Assembly: GCA_050011875.1 (NCBI GenBank)
Contig: JBEKIG010000007.1
Location: 52,260-116,259, forward strand
Source: Nitrososphaeria archaeon
GTDB taxonomy: Archaea; Thermoproteota; Nitrososphaeria; JACIWG01
DNA length: 64,000 nt
Reading direction: 5' to 3'
The position numbers and the translations under genes were made by a program. The first letter of the stretch is position 1, and each line of letters begins with the position of its first letter. Shown piece by piece: positions 1 to 10,355 of this stretch. The notes under the pieces were generated by a model. That model had not been told where the DNA came from, did no database searches, and saw nothing but the letters and a program-made list of their open reading frames with translations.

Positions 1-529
1 TTGGGTTATGCACTAGTAGGTAGCATTATGACTTAAAATTTGATATCAAGACTTGATGCTGATTGATTCCATTTTTTATTTTTAATAGTTAATTCCACTT
101 TAGTCTACTTTAATCAAGATAAAGGTCTGTCTTAGATATCATGTCAACGATTAAGTAAAGATTTATCGTGAATAAACATGTTGACGATTTTTTTCGTCAC
201 TAAACTGTTATTAATTAATCAAGGAATTCATTGATAGAAAAGCGTTCGACAACTAGCCTAACCAAGATCAGTGAATTGTTTAAGAACAGCTGCTCTTTAC
301 TGAATATACAGAGTTTCCTGATTATAACAAGCTTTTTTATTTTAAACCTGATTCGATCCTTCATGCTGACAAATCCGAAATCATATAACCTTTGTAACTA
401 GTATCTCTTTATAGTATCCCTTTAGTATTCGTCCTAATGGCCCTTTAATAGATTCTTTTAATGCTTCTCTAAATTCTTCCCAGTGAGATTCCCATTCATA
501 GCCCAACAAATTACAGGAACATAAGAAGC

Positions 530-781
530 ATGACCGTGCTTCTGGCGGAGTCATGCGAGGTAAAGCAAGGTAAGGTTCATAACCACATTAGGTTCTATAT
601 CGCGTTAGGAAGAAACTATAACTTCGCGATAATAAATGTCTATACCAACAAACTTGAAGTAGGTTTCCCTTTGTAATCGCCTGAACAAGATTCTACATTA
701 TTCGTCTGGATTATAGGAGTTGGATGCGTAATCATACTTATAGCTGAGATAATATACTTCTTGCTATCAGTAAGGGATTAA
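530..781 (+). pseudogene. Possible remnant of a protein with a C-terminal membrane anchor
   Basis: Manual translation MTVLLAESC...EVGFPL*SPEQDSTLFVWIIGVGCVIILIAEIIYFLLSVRD*: one in-frame TAA followed by a hydrophobic TM-like tail. Confidence 0.25.
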
Positions 782-903
782 GAATACCCATTTCCTTTCA
801 ACTATTTCCCAAACTGGTAAACGGTTTTTAAGGTCGTTTCAAGGCCAAAATTACCTAAAAAAATAGTCAAAAAACATCATAAAAACATTTGATGAAACGA
901 GTC

Positions 904-923
904 TGGCACCGCGCGCGGTGCCA
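904..923. repeat. Perfect 20-bp GC-rich palindrome TGGCACCGCGCGCGGTGCCA
   Basis: Reads identically on both strands; sits in AT-rich non-coding DNA. Confidence 0.95.
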
Positions 924-957
924 TTTACTAATATGGTAAACGTAAGGACACATAACT

Positions 958-1176
958 TCAGAGAATTTTTTTCTTGATCAAGTCGATTTTTAAGTTTTTT
1001 ACTTCGTCTAAAGTGCCAGCTATGCTAACTTGTATCGCCTGCTGGTTGACGCACACTTCTTTGAACCTTCTGTCCTGGCTTTCCACTAAACTGGTGAGGG
1101 CGGCCTTTTGTTCGTTCATCGCCGCTAAAATCAGAAGCTGTGTCTCCCTGTCTGTTAGCTTTCCCTTAGCAATCAC
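958..1176 (-). CDS. Hypothetical coiled-coil protein, possibly 5'-truncated
   Basis: 72-aa ORF; the frame stays open upstream (KLARQTFLTALGILAPESVDLIKRV) without a start codon and runs into the repeat block. Confidence 0.4.
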   Translation of the reverse strand: MIAKGKLTDRETQLLILAAMNEQKAALTSLVESQDRRFKEVCVNQQAIQVSIAGTLDEVKNLKIDLIKKKIL

Positions 1177-1268
1177 TCTCTTTATCAGGTCAACAGATTC
1201 AGGTGCAAGTATCCCTAACGCTGTTAAGAATGTTTGGCGCGCTAACTTAAATAAAAATAAAAAATAGT

Positions 1269-1503
1269 TTGAGCCAAAAAAAATATTATAAATTTGGTTT
1301 GGCTCAACACGTTTTAAAACAAAATGCTAACGCCAACTATTTCCTATTGGCTCAACTTATTATCATTTTGCATGAGAGTGTGTTGATGTTTAATATTGCA
1401 CAGGGGGATCATACTGAGCCAGTTTGCAGAATATTTAGCGTTAACATTTCCGATTTTTTTTGATTGAGCCAGAATTAAAAATCTTAAAAAAACTCCGGCT
1501 CAA
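1269..1503. repeat. Cluster of six TGAGCC-core motifs (consensus TTGAGCCA) in both orientations
   Basis: Copies at 1269(+), 1300(-), 1348(-), 1414(+), 1464(+), 1496(-); two inverted pairs with 31/32-bp offsets and AT-rich spacers. Confidence 0.8.
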
Positions 1504-1796
1504 GATGTTATTTACGATGTTTGGTCTGTAAATGGTATACTAGTTAACATCAGAAACAGGTAGTGTTCACTCCCTTTTTTTCGGGTTAAAATGAACAAAC
1601 ATCAACAAGTATCCCCGTGTGAGTTTTGTTAATCTGGGATATTTATAAAACTAAGCATTTTCAAATCTTAATATTTTTTGTCTGAGGCCTTTGCATACAA
1701 GCAATTTATCAAAGGTTGTTCTTGGCAGTGTCAATCATCTGTTTTGTTTTTTATAAAAAGAATTGAAAATGCTGGTATAACGTTAATTTTTTGGGT

Positions 1797-2024
1797 TTAC
1801 CAAGCTTCAAGCAAGGTTTCTGTACTTCTTACACCATCTAGAAGGTGAACTCTTGCTATAACATCTAGTACATCGTCAAGGTCGTTCGTTTCTATGAACA
1901 CAACCATGTCCACTCTACCGAAAGTTTGAAAAACTTTTTTGATTCCTTTGATTTTACTTATTTGCTCTTGTATTGTGTTACCTTTAACAGGTACGGTCTT
2001 GACTAAGAGGCAGGCCTTAAGCAT
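1797..2024 (-). CDS. Stand-alone Lrp/AsnC ligand-binding (RAM) domain protein
   Basis: 75 aa with the GRxDxV and STETL pattern of RAM domains; no HTH. Confidence 0.85.
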   Translation of the reverse strand: MLKACLLVKTVPVKGNTIQEQISKIKGIKKVFQTFGRVDMVVFIETNDLDDVLDVIARVHLLDGVRSTETLLEAW

Positions 2025-2254
2025 TAGTTCTCAATCTCCACAAGGGTTTCGGTAAACACTACTCCGGCTATGTTACTGATCTTGATCACATTTCTACCAA
2101 GTTCCTTTCCGTTCGAGGTTATTAGGTGAACTACGACATCATATCTTCCGAGAACAGGGTATGTGTCTACAACGGTTTCTATGCTCTTTATTCTTTCTAT
2201 GACGTCTATGAATTTGCCCTTCTCAGTCCTTATCAATATACATGCATCTACCAT
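2024..2254 (-). CDS. Stand-alone Lrp/AsnC ligand-binding (RAM) domain protein
   Basis: MVDACILIRTE...GRYDVVV...FTETLVE; start moved to ATG 2254, which has a TATA-like TTATATA about 30 bp upstream; overlaps its paralogue by 1 nt. Confidence 0.85.
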   Translation of the reverse strand: MVDACILIRTEKGKFIDVIERIKSIETVVDTYPVLGRYDVVVHLITSNGKELGRNVIKISNIAGVVFTETLVEIEN

Positions 2255-2373
2255 AACGTCTTCAAAAATTATAGTGTTCTGCCATATATAAGATTTTAGA
2301 ACCGATTTAGAAATATCGGTGTGCACGCTTAAAAAGGTGGTTTAGACTTTCCTAAATATCAAGGACTACTTGA

Positions 2374-2568
2374 TCAAGTATTTTTTGACTTGGTTTTCCT
2401 GTGATTGGGTCTAGTTCTCTTGCAGTATAGAATTCTGGTCGCGTAGCCACCTCCTCCAACATAGAGCTCCACCCATTTACTGTTCAGCTCAAGTTTTTCG
2501 AATGACTCCTTCTCCAAATCTACCTCAAGTATTTTTCCCGCATAACCATTATGATTTTGCGCTTTCAT
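2374..2568 (-). pseudogene. Truncated aldehyde:ferredoxin oxidoreductase (AOR), N-terminus only
   Basis: GYAGKILEVDL...YVGGGGYATRILY is the AOR N-terminal signature; similarity ends after about 48 aa (AORs are about 600 aa). Confidence 0.85.
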
Positions 2569-2573
2569 TCTTC

Positions 2574-2810
2574 TTAGCCGCCTTCGACTAACGGTAGAAT
2601 CCAAAGCTCGTCTACGTCTGATACTTCTGCGTTTGATTTTACAATCTTCATCTTGTTGATTGATAGGACATAATCGTCAAGAGGTACCCCAGACAGTTCT
2701 TTTATGTCTCTTATGCACAACTTGCCGTCTAGCTTTATTTCTTTTTCCTTAAAGCCTATCTTCTCACAAAGTGGGCTAAATACTTTAAGCTTCATTCTGT
2801 TATCCTCCAC
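2574..2810 (-). CDS. MoaD/ThiS-family sulfur carrier (ubiquitin-like SAMP)
   Basis: 78 aa ending PLVEGG (di-glycine); directly upstream of the AOR remnant, a common pairing. Confidence 0.85.
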   Translation of the reverse strand: MEDNRMKLKVFSPLCEKIGFKEKEIKLDGKLCIRDIKELSGVPLDDYVLSINKMKIVKSNAEVSDVDELWILPLVEGG

Positions 2811-2910
2811 ATATTAGAGATATCCAAATATGATTTTTAACCTTTAACCTTCTCGACACTAACATGTACAACTTCTAACATATGCTACTCTTGAATTAAG
2901 ACAGGCCGTA

Positions 2911-3333
2911 CTATTTCCTTTTACTGAAATATTCTTTAGCTTTATCAAAAGCTGGCTGAGCCTGTGCTGAAGGTTTCATGGGGGGAACGAAGACACAGTA
3001 AATAGTCATCTTTGACTTCGATGAGTTCCTAACTTGATGCTCTACACCGGCGTGTGCGTAGATCAAGGAGCCTCCGGAAACAGGAGTAACCTTTTCTTTT
3101 CCATTAACAATCTCGATAGCATTACCTCTTCCTTTTACCACGAGTATTATTTCATCGCCTTCATGGGTGTGCAGGCTCGTTGAACCTTTAGGCTCGAAAG
3201 TGACAAACAAAACGGTTGCCTTGTCGCTACCGTTAATGTCTGGATGAAGTGCAACCCTATACTCTCTCGGGTTCGGTGGTGCTAACTGAACTCGAGGGAT
3301 ATCCTTTGTATATATTACAACCATATTAATCAA
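2911..3333 (-). CDS. Cupin domain protein
   Basis: HTHEGDE...GVEH cupin metal-binding motifs. Confidence 0.85.
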   Translation of the reverse strand: MINMVVIYTKDIPRVQLAPPNPREYRVALHPDINGSDKATVLFVTFEPKGSTSLHTHEGDEIILVVKGRGNAIEIVNGKEKVTPVSGGSLIYAHAGVEHQVRNSSKSKMTIYCVFVPPMKPSAQAQPAFDKAKEYFSKRK

Positions 3334-3432
3334 ACGGAACTCTACTTTAAATGTATATAAACAATTTGATAGGTTTGCCAGCGGATAAAAGACATATTAA
3401 GTTCCTGATGATACTGAATGCTTTAGATTTGC

Positions 3433-4758
3433 TTGAGCCAAGAAAAAGATGTGGATAAACAACTTAAAGATAAGGCTATAGAACGGCACCTATTCTACCG
3501 CGGAAAGATAGAAATCGTGCCAAAATGCTGGATTTCGAGTTTAGATGATTTTTCTATATGGTATACTCCAGGAGTCGCTGCGGTATGTAACGAAATATTA
3601 AAAGACAAGGAGAGATCCTTTGATTACACATTAAGGTGGAATACAATCGCTGTCGTATCAGACGGCACACGTGTCTTGGGTCTTGGGAACATAGGCCCAG
3701 AAGCGGCAATTCCTGTTATGGAAGGCAAGGCGCTCATCTTCAAATACTTGGGTGGTGTTGACGCTGTGCCAATCTGTCTGAGCACGCGAGATGAAGATAA
3801 GATCGTGGAGATCGTAAAGTTCATGGAACCTTCCTTTGGTGGAATAAACTTGGAGGACATCGAAAAGCCTAAATGCTTCTCAGTTCTCGAAAGGCTGAAG
3901 AAACAGCTGTCTATACCTGTTTGGCACGATGACCAGCAAGGATCAGCAACTGTAATATGCGCTGGACTAATGAACGCGCTTAAGCTTGCAGGAAAAAAAA
4001 TGAAGGATGCCAAGATAACGATGATTGGTGCTGGTGCAGCTAACTATAGCGTAGAAAGACTAATCGTCAAAGCAGGAATTGATGAAAAGGAGATCGTTAT
4101 GGTTGATAGCAAAGGAATCCTGAACGACTCAAGAAAGGATCTTGAAGCAAATGAGCCATACAAGTGGAAATTATGTTTGAAGACAAACGGTGAGAGAAAA
4201 ACCGGAGATATTGCCAAGGCATTAAATGGCGCTGACGTCTGTATCGCTATGTCAAGGCCGGGACCTGGGATCATAAAGAAAGAATGGATTAAAGGGATGA
4301 ACAACAAAGCTATTGTTTTCTCGTGTGCAAATCCCGTTCCAGAAATTTGGCCTCATGAATCAAAGGAAGCAGGAGCCTTTATCATAGCCACTGCTAGAGG
4401 TGACTTCCCCAATCAACTAAACAACTCCCTCGTATTTCCAGGAATCTTCAGGGGAGCTCTTGATGTTAGGGCAAAGAGCATTTCAGATGGAATGTGCTTA
4501 GCTTCAGCAAGAGAAATAGCAAAGATGGCTGAAGATAATGGGCTGACTCCGGAGTATATTGTACCAACGATGGAAGAATGGGAAGTCTACCCAAGACAGG
4601 CCGCTGCAGTGGCATACCAGGCAACAGTAGAAGGACTTGCTAGAGTCAAAATTACCCAACAAGAAGAGCTTAGAAGCGCTAAGGAGTTAATCCTTTCTTC
4701 CAGAAAGAAGCTTGAGGTTTTAAAGGAAGCTGGTCTAATCTCTAAGCCTCAACATTAG
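3433..4758 (+). CDS. NAD(P)-dependent malic enzyme
   Basis: YTPGVA, VLGLGNIGPEAAIPVMEGK, INLEDI, HDDQQG, GAGAA and ANPVPEI motifs. Confidence 0.95.
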   Translation: MSQEKDVDKQLKDKAIERHLFYRGKIEIVPKCWISSLDDFSIWYTPGVAAVCNEILKDKERSFDYTLRWNTIAVVSDGTRVLGLGNIGPEAAIPVMEGKALIFKYLGGVDAVPICLSTRDEDKIVEIVKFMEPSFGGINLEDIEKPKCFSVLERLKKQLSIPVWHDDQQGSATVICAGLMNALKLAGKKMKDAKITMIGAGAANYSVERLIVKAGIDEKEIVMVDSKGILNDSRKDLEANEPYKWKLCLKTNGERKTGDIAKALNGADVCIAMSRPGPGIIKKEWIKGMNNKAIVFSCANPVPEIWPHESKEAGAFIIATARGDFPNQLNNSLVFPGIFRGALDVRAKSISDGMCLASAREIAKMAEDNGLTPEYIVPTMEEWEVYPRQAAAVAYQATVEGLARVKITQQEELRSAKELILSSRKKLEVLKEAGLISKPQH

Positions 4759-4942
4759 CGGATGAAAATAATAAAGGAGATTAGTCTAATTCTTCTTTTT
4801 TCCACATGTTGGCCTTAATTTAGGACCTGATGTTTTACAACATAAACTTAACCAATTCGCTCTCATCGAGATTGCATAAGACACGTAAAATGTGTTGGAA
4901 ATGGAGACGGAGCCAATTAATTTTTACAAAAATCTTCCTATT

Positions 4943-5284
4943 TTACGTGGGCTGTTTAGAAACAGTCATCTTTTTGATTTCTTGTACGGCTGTTGCGAAA
5001 TTCATATCAGACTCCGGAACTTCCATATCTATCTTTGAAAACATTTCAGTTACGATGGCTCTTAATAGAATGTTTGACCCGTATCCGAAGAGTGCACTTA
5101 AGAAAGATTCAAATTCTTTTGGGTAATCCGACACTTCCTCGAAAGATTTTAGATAGTAGTTCTTCATAAAATGTATTATTATAGCCTTTTTAGCGTTTTC
5201 ACCAAGAATTGATAGCGAGGATTCAACTGACTCGGTCACCAAGCGCCTGAATTGTTGGTTATCCAAAATAAAGCACCTATTCAT
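4943..5284 (-). CDS. Small archaeal helical protein (DUF3227-like)
   Basis: SLSILGENAKKAI...FESFLSALFGYGS pattern recalled from TACK hypothetical proteins. Confidence 0.55.
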   Translation of the reverse strand: MNRCFILDNQQFRRLVTESVESSLSILGENAKKAIIIHFMKNYYLKSFEEVSDYPKEFESFLSALFGYGSNILLRAIVTEMFSKIDMEVPESDMNFATAVQEIKKMTVSKQPT

Positions 5285-5575
5285 TCGCTTTGGGGAGATA
5301 TCGACCTAAACATCCCCTTTTTTCTCCTCTGTAAACAAAGTGTCAACAAAGTAATAATGAAATCCAAATGTCGTCGAATTCATAGATATTTTTTTCCTCG
5401 TTTGTTGATAGTGTCTTTTTATTCTATATAAATATTTTTATAAGGAAGCAGTTAATCTAAAGCTTATTCTAACTATTTTTATCCAATTTGTTTGAGAAAG
5501 ATTTATGAAATTATATGTGAACCATTAAAAATCAGTTGACGGAAAAATAAGTGATTGAAAGTTTACTTTTACGAT

Positions 5576-5962
5576 TCAGAGATGAGTTGGTTTACCCTCC
5601 GTTATTGTCTTAGATGGAATAAACTTTCCAAACATTTTAAGGAAGTTTGTGTCTTCATTCACATTCCTTAGATCATCTGGTAGCATAACAGGTATTTCTT
5701 CACTTATTGGAAACCATCTACCACAATTTATGCACAAGACCATACCCCATTTTATCTTGGCTGCAAGACACTTTTTACAGTCTTCTAATAGCAAATTTTT
5801 GTCTTTTCTGGATGATTTAATGTTGTTGTAAGAGCAAAACATTTCGCATGTTTCTTTAGGTTCTTCACATGGTGTTTGTTCAACCTTCTCGAATACATGC
5901 AGTTCTAGCGGATAGTTCTTGCACACAGGACATATGAGGATATCCATTAATCTGTACCTTAT
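5576..5962 (-). CDS. trm112: Trm112-family methyltransferase activator (Zn-binding)
   Basis: (I)RYRLMDILICPVCK...CINCGRWFPISEEIPVMLPD; first ATG at 5947, but the conserved N-terminus extends to an ATA at 5962. Confidence 0.85.
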   Translation of the reverse strand: MRYRLMDILICPVCKNYPLELHVFEKVEQTPCEEPKETCEMFCSYNNIKSSRKDKNLLLEDCKKCLAAKIKWGMVLCINCGRWFPISEEIPVMLPDDLRNVNEDTNFLKMFGKFIPSKTITEGKPTHL

Positions 5963-7371
5963 GTTATGCTCACCGTCTTGTACGATAGAGGTTCATTTAT
6001 AGGACGTTCTCTAACCAGATTTACAGCCTCTGTAAGCGAGTTTACAGCAAGGTTTTCAATTCTATTCAGAGAACGTTGGCTTCTTGCTTCTGCAGTAGTC
6101 TTTATCTGTGGTAAAGTATTAGATGCTCTGATTATAAACCAACCATCATCCAAGTCTACCCTGACACCGTCTATTGTTAAAGCATTGTAGCCTTCTCTAA
6201 CAAACTTTTCTTGCAGCTTAGCTATTACTGTGAACTTGATTCCTTCTGGGATATCATATACATTTCTTCTTGTAAAATATTTTGGTAAAGAATCAACAAG
6301 TGTCGAAAATTTTTCATCGGATTCCGAAAGTAATTGTGCAACCTTTAATGTAGCAAATATCGCGTCATCAGCGCCATACATATCTCTAAAATAAAGGTGG
6401 CCAGAAATTTCACCTCCCATATACGCATTCTCATTAATCATCTTCTCCAAGATGAACGAATGTCCAACCTTCGTTACAATCGATATGATACCACTTTCTC
6501 TGGCAACGTCGTCGAGTAGCTTTGAACAGCTCACCTCGTAGACGATCTTCTCACCAGGTGACTTTATGTAATGCCTAATAAAAATAGCGAGCATCTTGTC
6601 TCCTTCAATAATTCTCCCCTTATCATCCAAGAAGACTGCACGATCACCATCGCCATCGTATCCAATTCCAAAATCATAGTTTCCAGTTACCAATGGGATC
6701 TTAAGGGGCTTTAAAGATTCATCAGTTGGCTCAGGAGACCGAGAAGGAAAAGTACCATCAGGATAGTTATTCATTGCCTCAACGTCCAAACCAGCTTTTT
6801 CCAATATCTTGTCAGCAAACAGTGAGCAACAGCCATTGCCCATGTCCATAAGAACGCGAAGAGGGCGAGATATCTTGACTTTGTTAAGAACGAAGTCCTG
6901 AAAGTCGCGAATTATGATTTTACTCCAATCTTCAATCCTACCAGATGGAGCTTCATTGTACATTCTCTTTACGGCAATATCTTTGATTTTTTCCAGCCCC
7001 ATACCCCAACCGCAGAGTATACTTTTCTCTTTACAAAGTTTAAGACCATTCCATTCAGGAGGATTATGGCTCGCACTAATAACAGCACCTCCATCAAGAC
7101 CATAATGTGATATCGCAAAATATACCGTTGGGGTAGGTACAAGACCAACGTCATAAACATTAACGCCAACAGAAAGCATTCCTTTTATAAAAGCTTCCTT
7201 CAGGGATGGACTGCTTACTCTTACATCATTTCCTACAGCAACATTTTTTCCCACACCTCCTAAGTAAGTCCCATGAGCTTTACCGATAACCTCATAAACT
7301 CCTTCGTCGAGGTCAACGCCATATAAACCTCGAATGTCATACGCTCGGAAGATCTGATCCGTAATATTCAT
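5959..7371 (-). CDS. Phosphomannomutase/phosphoglucomutase
   Basis: FRAYDIRG, SASHNP phosphoserine loop, DGDGDR and GEISGH motifs; start moved to ATG 7371. Confidence 0.95.
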   Translation of the reverse strand: MNITDQIFRAYDIRGLYGVDLDEGVYEVIGKAHGTYLGGVGKNVAVGNDVRVSSPSLKEAFIKGMLSVGVNVYDVGLVPTPTVYFAISHYGLDGGAVISASHNPPEWNGLKLCKEKSILCGWGMGLEKIKDIAVKRMYNEAPSGRIEDWSKIIIRDFQDFVLNKVKISRPLRVLMDMGNGCCSLFADKILEKAGLDVEAMNNYPDGTFPSRSPEPTDESLKPLKIPLVTGNYDFGIGYDGDGDRAVFLDDKGRIIEGDKMLAIFIRHYIKSPGEKIVYEVSCSKLLDDVARESGIISIVTKVGHSFILEKMINENAYMGGEISGHLYFRDMYGADDAIFATLKVAQLLSESDEKFSTLVDSLPKYFTRRNVYDIPEGIKFTVIAKLQEKFVREGYNALTIDGVRVDLDDGWFIIRASNTLPQIKTTAEARSQRSLNRIENLAVNSLTEAVNLVRERPINEPLSYKTVSIT

Positions 7372-7551
7372 ATATAAAAAATAGGTATATGATTGTATAA
7401 AAACTTTTGCGACGCAGACGATAGAAACTTGTTTTACATGCGGTCTCATCAAATGTTAGACTCTTTGCTAATAACATGTTGAAGATAGAAGTCTTAAATA
7501 GTTTACTTGGAGACCGGCTAACCTAATTAAAAGCGTTTTGGTGTTGAAACA

Positions 7552-8595
7552 ATGAAAGTTGGAATAGTCGGATATGGCGTATACATCCCTAGATGGAGAA
7601 TCAGAACCGAAAATATTGCTGAGGTCTGGGGACAGGACGCAGAAGCCATTAAAAAAGGTTTGGGAGTTGAAGAAAAATCGGTGCCTTCAATGGACGAGGA
7701 CACGGCAACCATAGCTGTTGAGGCGGCTAGGAACGCGATGAAAAGAGCCTATGATTTAAAGGGCCATGAAATAGGCGCCATATACGTTGGATCCGAATCT
7801 CATCCTTATGCTGTGAAACCCACAGCTGTGACAGTTGCTGAGGCACTTGGCCTAACACCTAATATTACTGCGGCAGATACAGAATTCGCCTGTAAGGCAG
7901 CTACCGCAGGGATGCAGGCGTGTCTTGGGCTTGTTAAAGGAGGATATGTGAAATATGGCATTACAATAGGTGCTGATACAGCACAAAGTGCTCCAGGAGA
8001 TGCCCTCGAGTATACAGCTGCGGCAGGTGGAGCTGCATACATAGTTGGTGAAGACAACATTCTAGCAGAAATAGAGGGAACCTGCTCTTATACTCAAGAC
8101 GTCCCTGATTTTTGGAGAAGAGAGGGATCGCTGTACCCCAGACATGCTGGAAGGTTTACAGGTGAACCTGCATATTTTGAGCATGTCATAAAATGTAGTA
8201 AGAACCTAATGGAGAAACTTAACACATGCCCCACTGACTACACTTACGCAGTATTCCATATGCCAAATGGAAAGTTTCCTCTAAGGGCAGCAAGCCTCCT
8301 TGGATTTGATGTAAAGAAGGTGCTACCTGGGCTAGTGGTCCAAAATATTGGAAACACCTATTCTGGCTCATCATTACTTGGCCTAGCAGCGGTACTTGAT
8401 GAGGCAAAGTCAGGTGACAGAATCCTTATGACCTCATATGGCTCAGGAGCTGGATCAGACTCCTTTAGCATAACGGTCAAAGATGCGATAGAGCAAAAGA
8501 GAATGCTCGCACCCCCTGTAAAGTATTACATAAACAAAAAGAGTTACTTAAGCTACTCAATTTACGCAAAGAATAAGAAACTATTTAGAGATTGA
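7552..8595 (+). CDS. mvaS: Archaeal HMG-CoA synthase
   Basis: [17 protein letters not shown] catalytic Cys, FHMPNGKFP and SYGSGAGSD motifs. Confidence 0.95.
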   Translation: MKVGIVGYGVYIPRWRIRTENIAEVWGQDAEAIKKGLGVEEKSVPSMDEDTATIAVEAARNAMKRAYDLKGHEIGAIYVGSESHPYAVKPTAVTVAEALGLTPNITAADTEFACKAATAGMQACLGLVKGGYVKYGITIGADTAQSAPGDALEYTAAAGGAAYIVGEDNILAEIEGTCSYTQDVPDFWRREGSLYPRHAGRFTGEPAYFEHVIKCSKNLMEKLNTCPTDYTYAVFHMPNGKFPLRAASLLGFDVKKVLPGLVVQNIGNTYSGSSLLGLAAVLDEAKSGDRILMTSYGSGAGSDSFSITVKDAIEQKRMLAPPVKYYINKKSYLSYSIYAKNKKLFRD

Positions 8596-9770
8596 TGGTT
8601 ATGCCCAATAAAAGAGAAGTGGCAATAATATCCGCTGCCGCAACAAAATGTGGAGAACACTGGGATAAAGGGATAAAGGATCTTGCTTGGGAAGCAGGTG
8701 TAAAAGCAGTTGATGAAGCAGGAATAAGCGGCAAGGACATAGAATACCTTGTCGTAGGAAACATGTCAGGAGGAATGTTCGTCGGACAGGAACACATAGG
8801 CGCCTTAGTAGCTGATTTCCTAGGATTAAACCCAATTCCTTCGCTTAGAGTAGAAGCAGCGTGTGCTTCAGGTGGAATCGCATTCTCACAGGGCTGCCTT
8901 GCCGTAGCCTCAGGGCTCTATGATATAGTTGCAGTCGGAGGAGTAGAGAAAATGACAGACGTTGAACCTGAGCAGGCGACAAGTGTCCTTTCAGGAGCAA
9001 TGGACTTCGAATGGGAAGCCTATTTTGGAGCTACCTTTCCAGGGTTATATGCACTTATGGCCAAAAGATACATGTACGAGTACAACGTTAAAATTGAAAC
9101 GCTAGCTAATGTTGCAGTCAAAAACCACTTCCACGGTAGCCTTAATCCTTTAGCTCATTTTAGAAACAGGATAACAGTAGAGGAGGCTTTAATATCGCCA
9201 ATGGTCGCAGACCCTTTAAGAAAGTACGATTGTAGCCCGGTATCTGATGGAGCAGCGGTAGCAATACTTGCACCTTTAGAAATTGCAAAAAAGTACACGG
9301 ACACTCCAATAATTGTTAAGGCAAGTGTTCCGGCTTCAGACACACTAAGTCTTCTAAAAAGGAGGGACATTTGCACAATAGACGCGACCGTCTATGCGGC
9401 AAACAAGGCATTCCAACTTGCGCATATGGAAAGGAAAGACATCGATGCCGTAGAAGTACATGACTGCTTCACAATAGCAGAGCTTCTAGCAATCGAGGAT
9501 CTAGGCTTCTGTAAGAAAGGAGAGGCGTCGAAGATGGTTAACGAAGGACAGACATATGTAGGAGGGAAGTTTCCAGTAAACATGGACGGTGGACTGAAGG
9601 CATCAGGACATCCCGTAGGAGCAACCGGTGTTAAGCAGATAGCGGAACTCGTCAAACAATTAAGAGGAGAGGCTGAGAGGGGAAGACAGGTTAATGGGGC
9701 TGAAGTAGGACTAGCGCACAATGTCGGAGGCTCAGGAGGAACTGCTGTTGTCACAATCTTGTCGAGGTAA
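8592..9770 (+). CDS. Acetoacetyl-CoA thiolase (archaeal type)
   Basis: [24 protein letters not shown] and HNVGG motifs; overlaps HMG-CoA synthase. Confidence 0.95.
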   Translation: MMVMPNKREVAIISAAATKCGEHWDKGIKDLAWEAGVKAVDEAGISGKDIEYLVVGNMSGGMFVGQEHIGALVADFLGLNPIPSLRVEAACASGGIAFSQGCLAVASGLYDIVAVGGVEKMTDVEPEQATSVLSGAMDFEWEAYFGATFPGLYALMAKRYMYEYNVKIETLANVAVKNHFHGSLNPLAHFRNRITVEEALISPMVADPLRKYDCSPVSDGAAVAILAPLEIAKKYTDTPIIVKASVPASDTLSLLKRRDICTIDATVYAANKAFQLAHMERKDIDAVEVHDCFTIAELLAIEDLGFCKKGEASKMVNEGQTYVGGKFPVNMDGGLKASGHPVGATGVKQIAELVKQLRGEAERGRQVNGAEVGLAHNVGGSGGTAVVTILSR

Positions 9771-9780
9771 GGATGATTAG

Positions 9781-10215
9781 ATGAGCACTACAGCTGCACA
9801 CTGGAGAAGAATGAAGGATAGGTACAGGTTACTTGGGTCAAAATGTGAAACATGTGGTACAACATTTTTTCCGGCAACAAAGGTCTGCTCGAAATGCAGA
9901 AGAAAAGGAAAGACAGTTCCAATCGAATTCTCTGGGAAGGGCAGGATATTCAGCTATACGATCCAGCATGCGGCCCCTAGGATGTTCGAACAGCACACAC
10001 CGTCAATCATAGCACTGGTGGAGCTGGATGAGGGACCTAAAGTGTTATCTCAGATTGTAGACTGCGAACATAATGAGCTAAGAATAGGAATGGAAGTTGA
10101 AGCATGCTTTAGAAAACTCTTCGAACAGGATAGAGGCGGAATAATAAGCTATGGCTTCAAGTTCAGACCACTAGACAATTCTTGGACAAAATACTATGAG
10201 GCAAAAAAAGAATAA
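9781..10215 (+). CDS. DUF35 Zn-ribbon/OB-fold scaffold of the thiolase-HMGCS complex
   Basis: CxxC...CxxC plus OB-fold ending YGFKFRP; canonical third gene of the operon. Confidence 0.92.
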   Translation: MSTTAAHWRRMKDRYRLLGSKCETCGTTFFPATKVCSKCRRKGKTVPIEFSGKGRIFSYTIQHAAPRMFEQHTPSIIALVELDEGPKVLSQIVDCEHNELRIGMEVEACFRKLFEQDRGGIISYGFKFRPLDNSWTKYYEAKKE

Positions 10216-10355
10216 GAACTTTCATTTTTACATAAATTTTTATCATATAATTTTTATATTGTACTGTCTTACTAAGTCATACCATCTAACTTCATTTACA
10301 TGTGCAGGCTTTAATTGTTTAAGATTAAAATAATTCATATCGCTGTTCCTCAACG

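Noticed and set aside
7552-10215. HMG-CoA synthase/thiolase/DUF35 operon as a novel system
   Set aside because: Well-described archaeal mevalonate-pathway channelling complex
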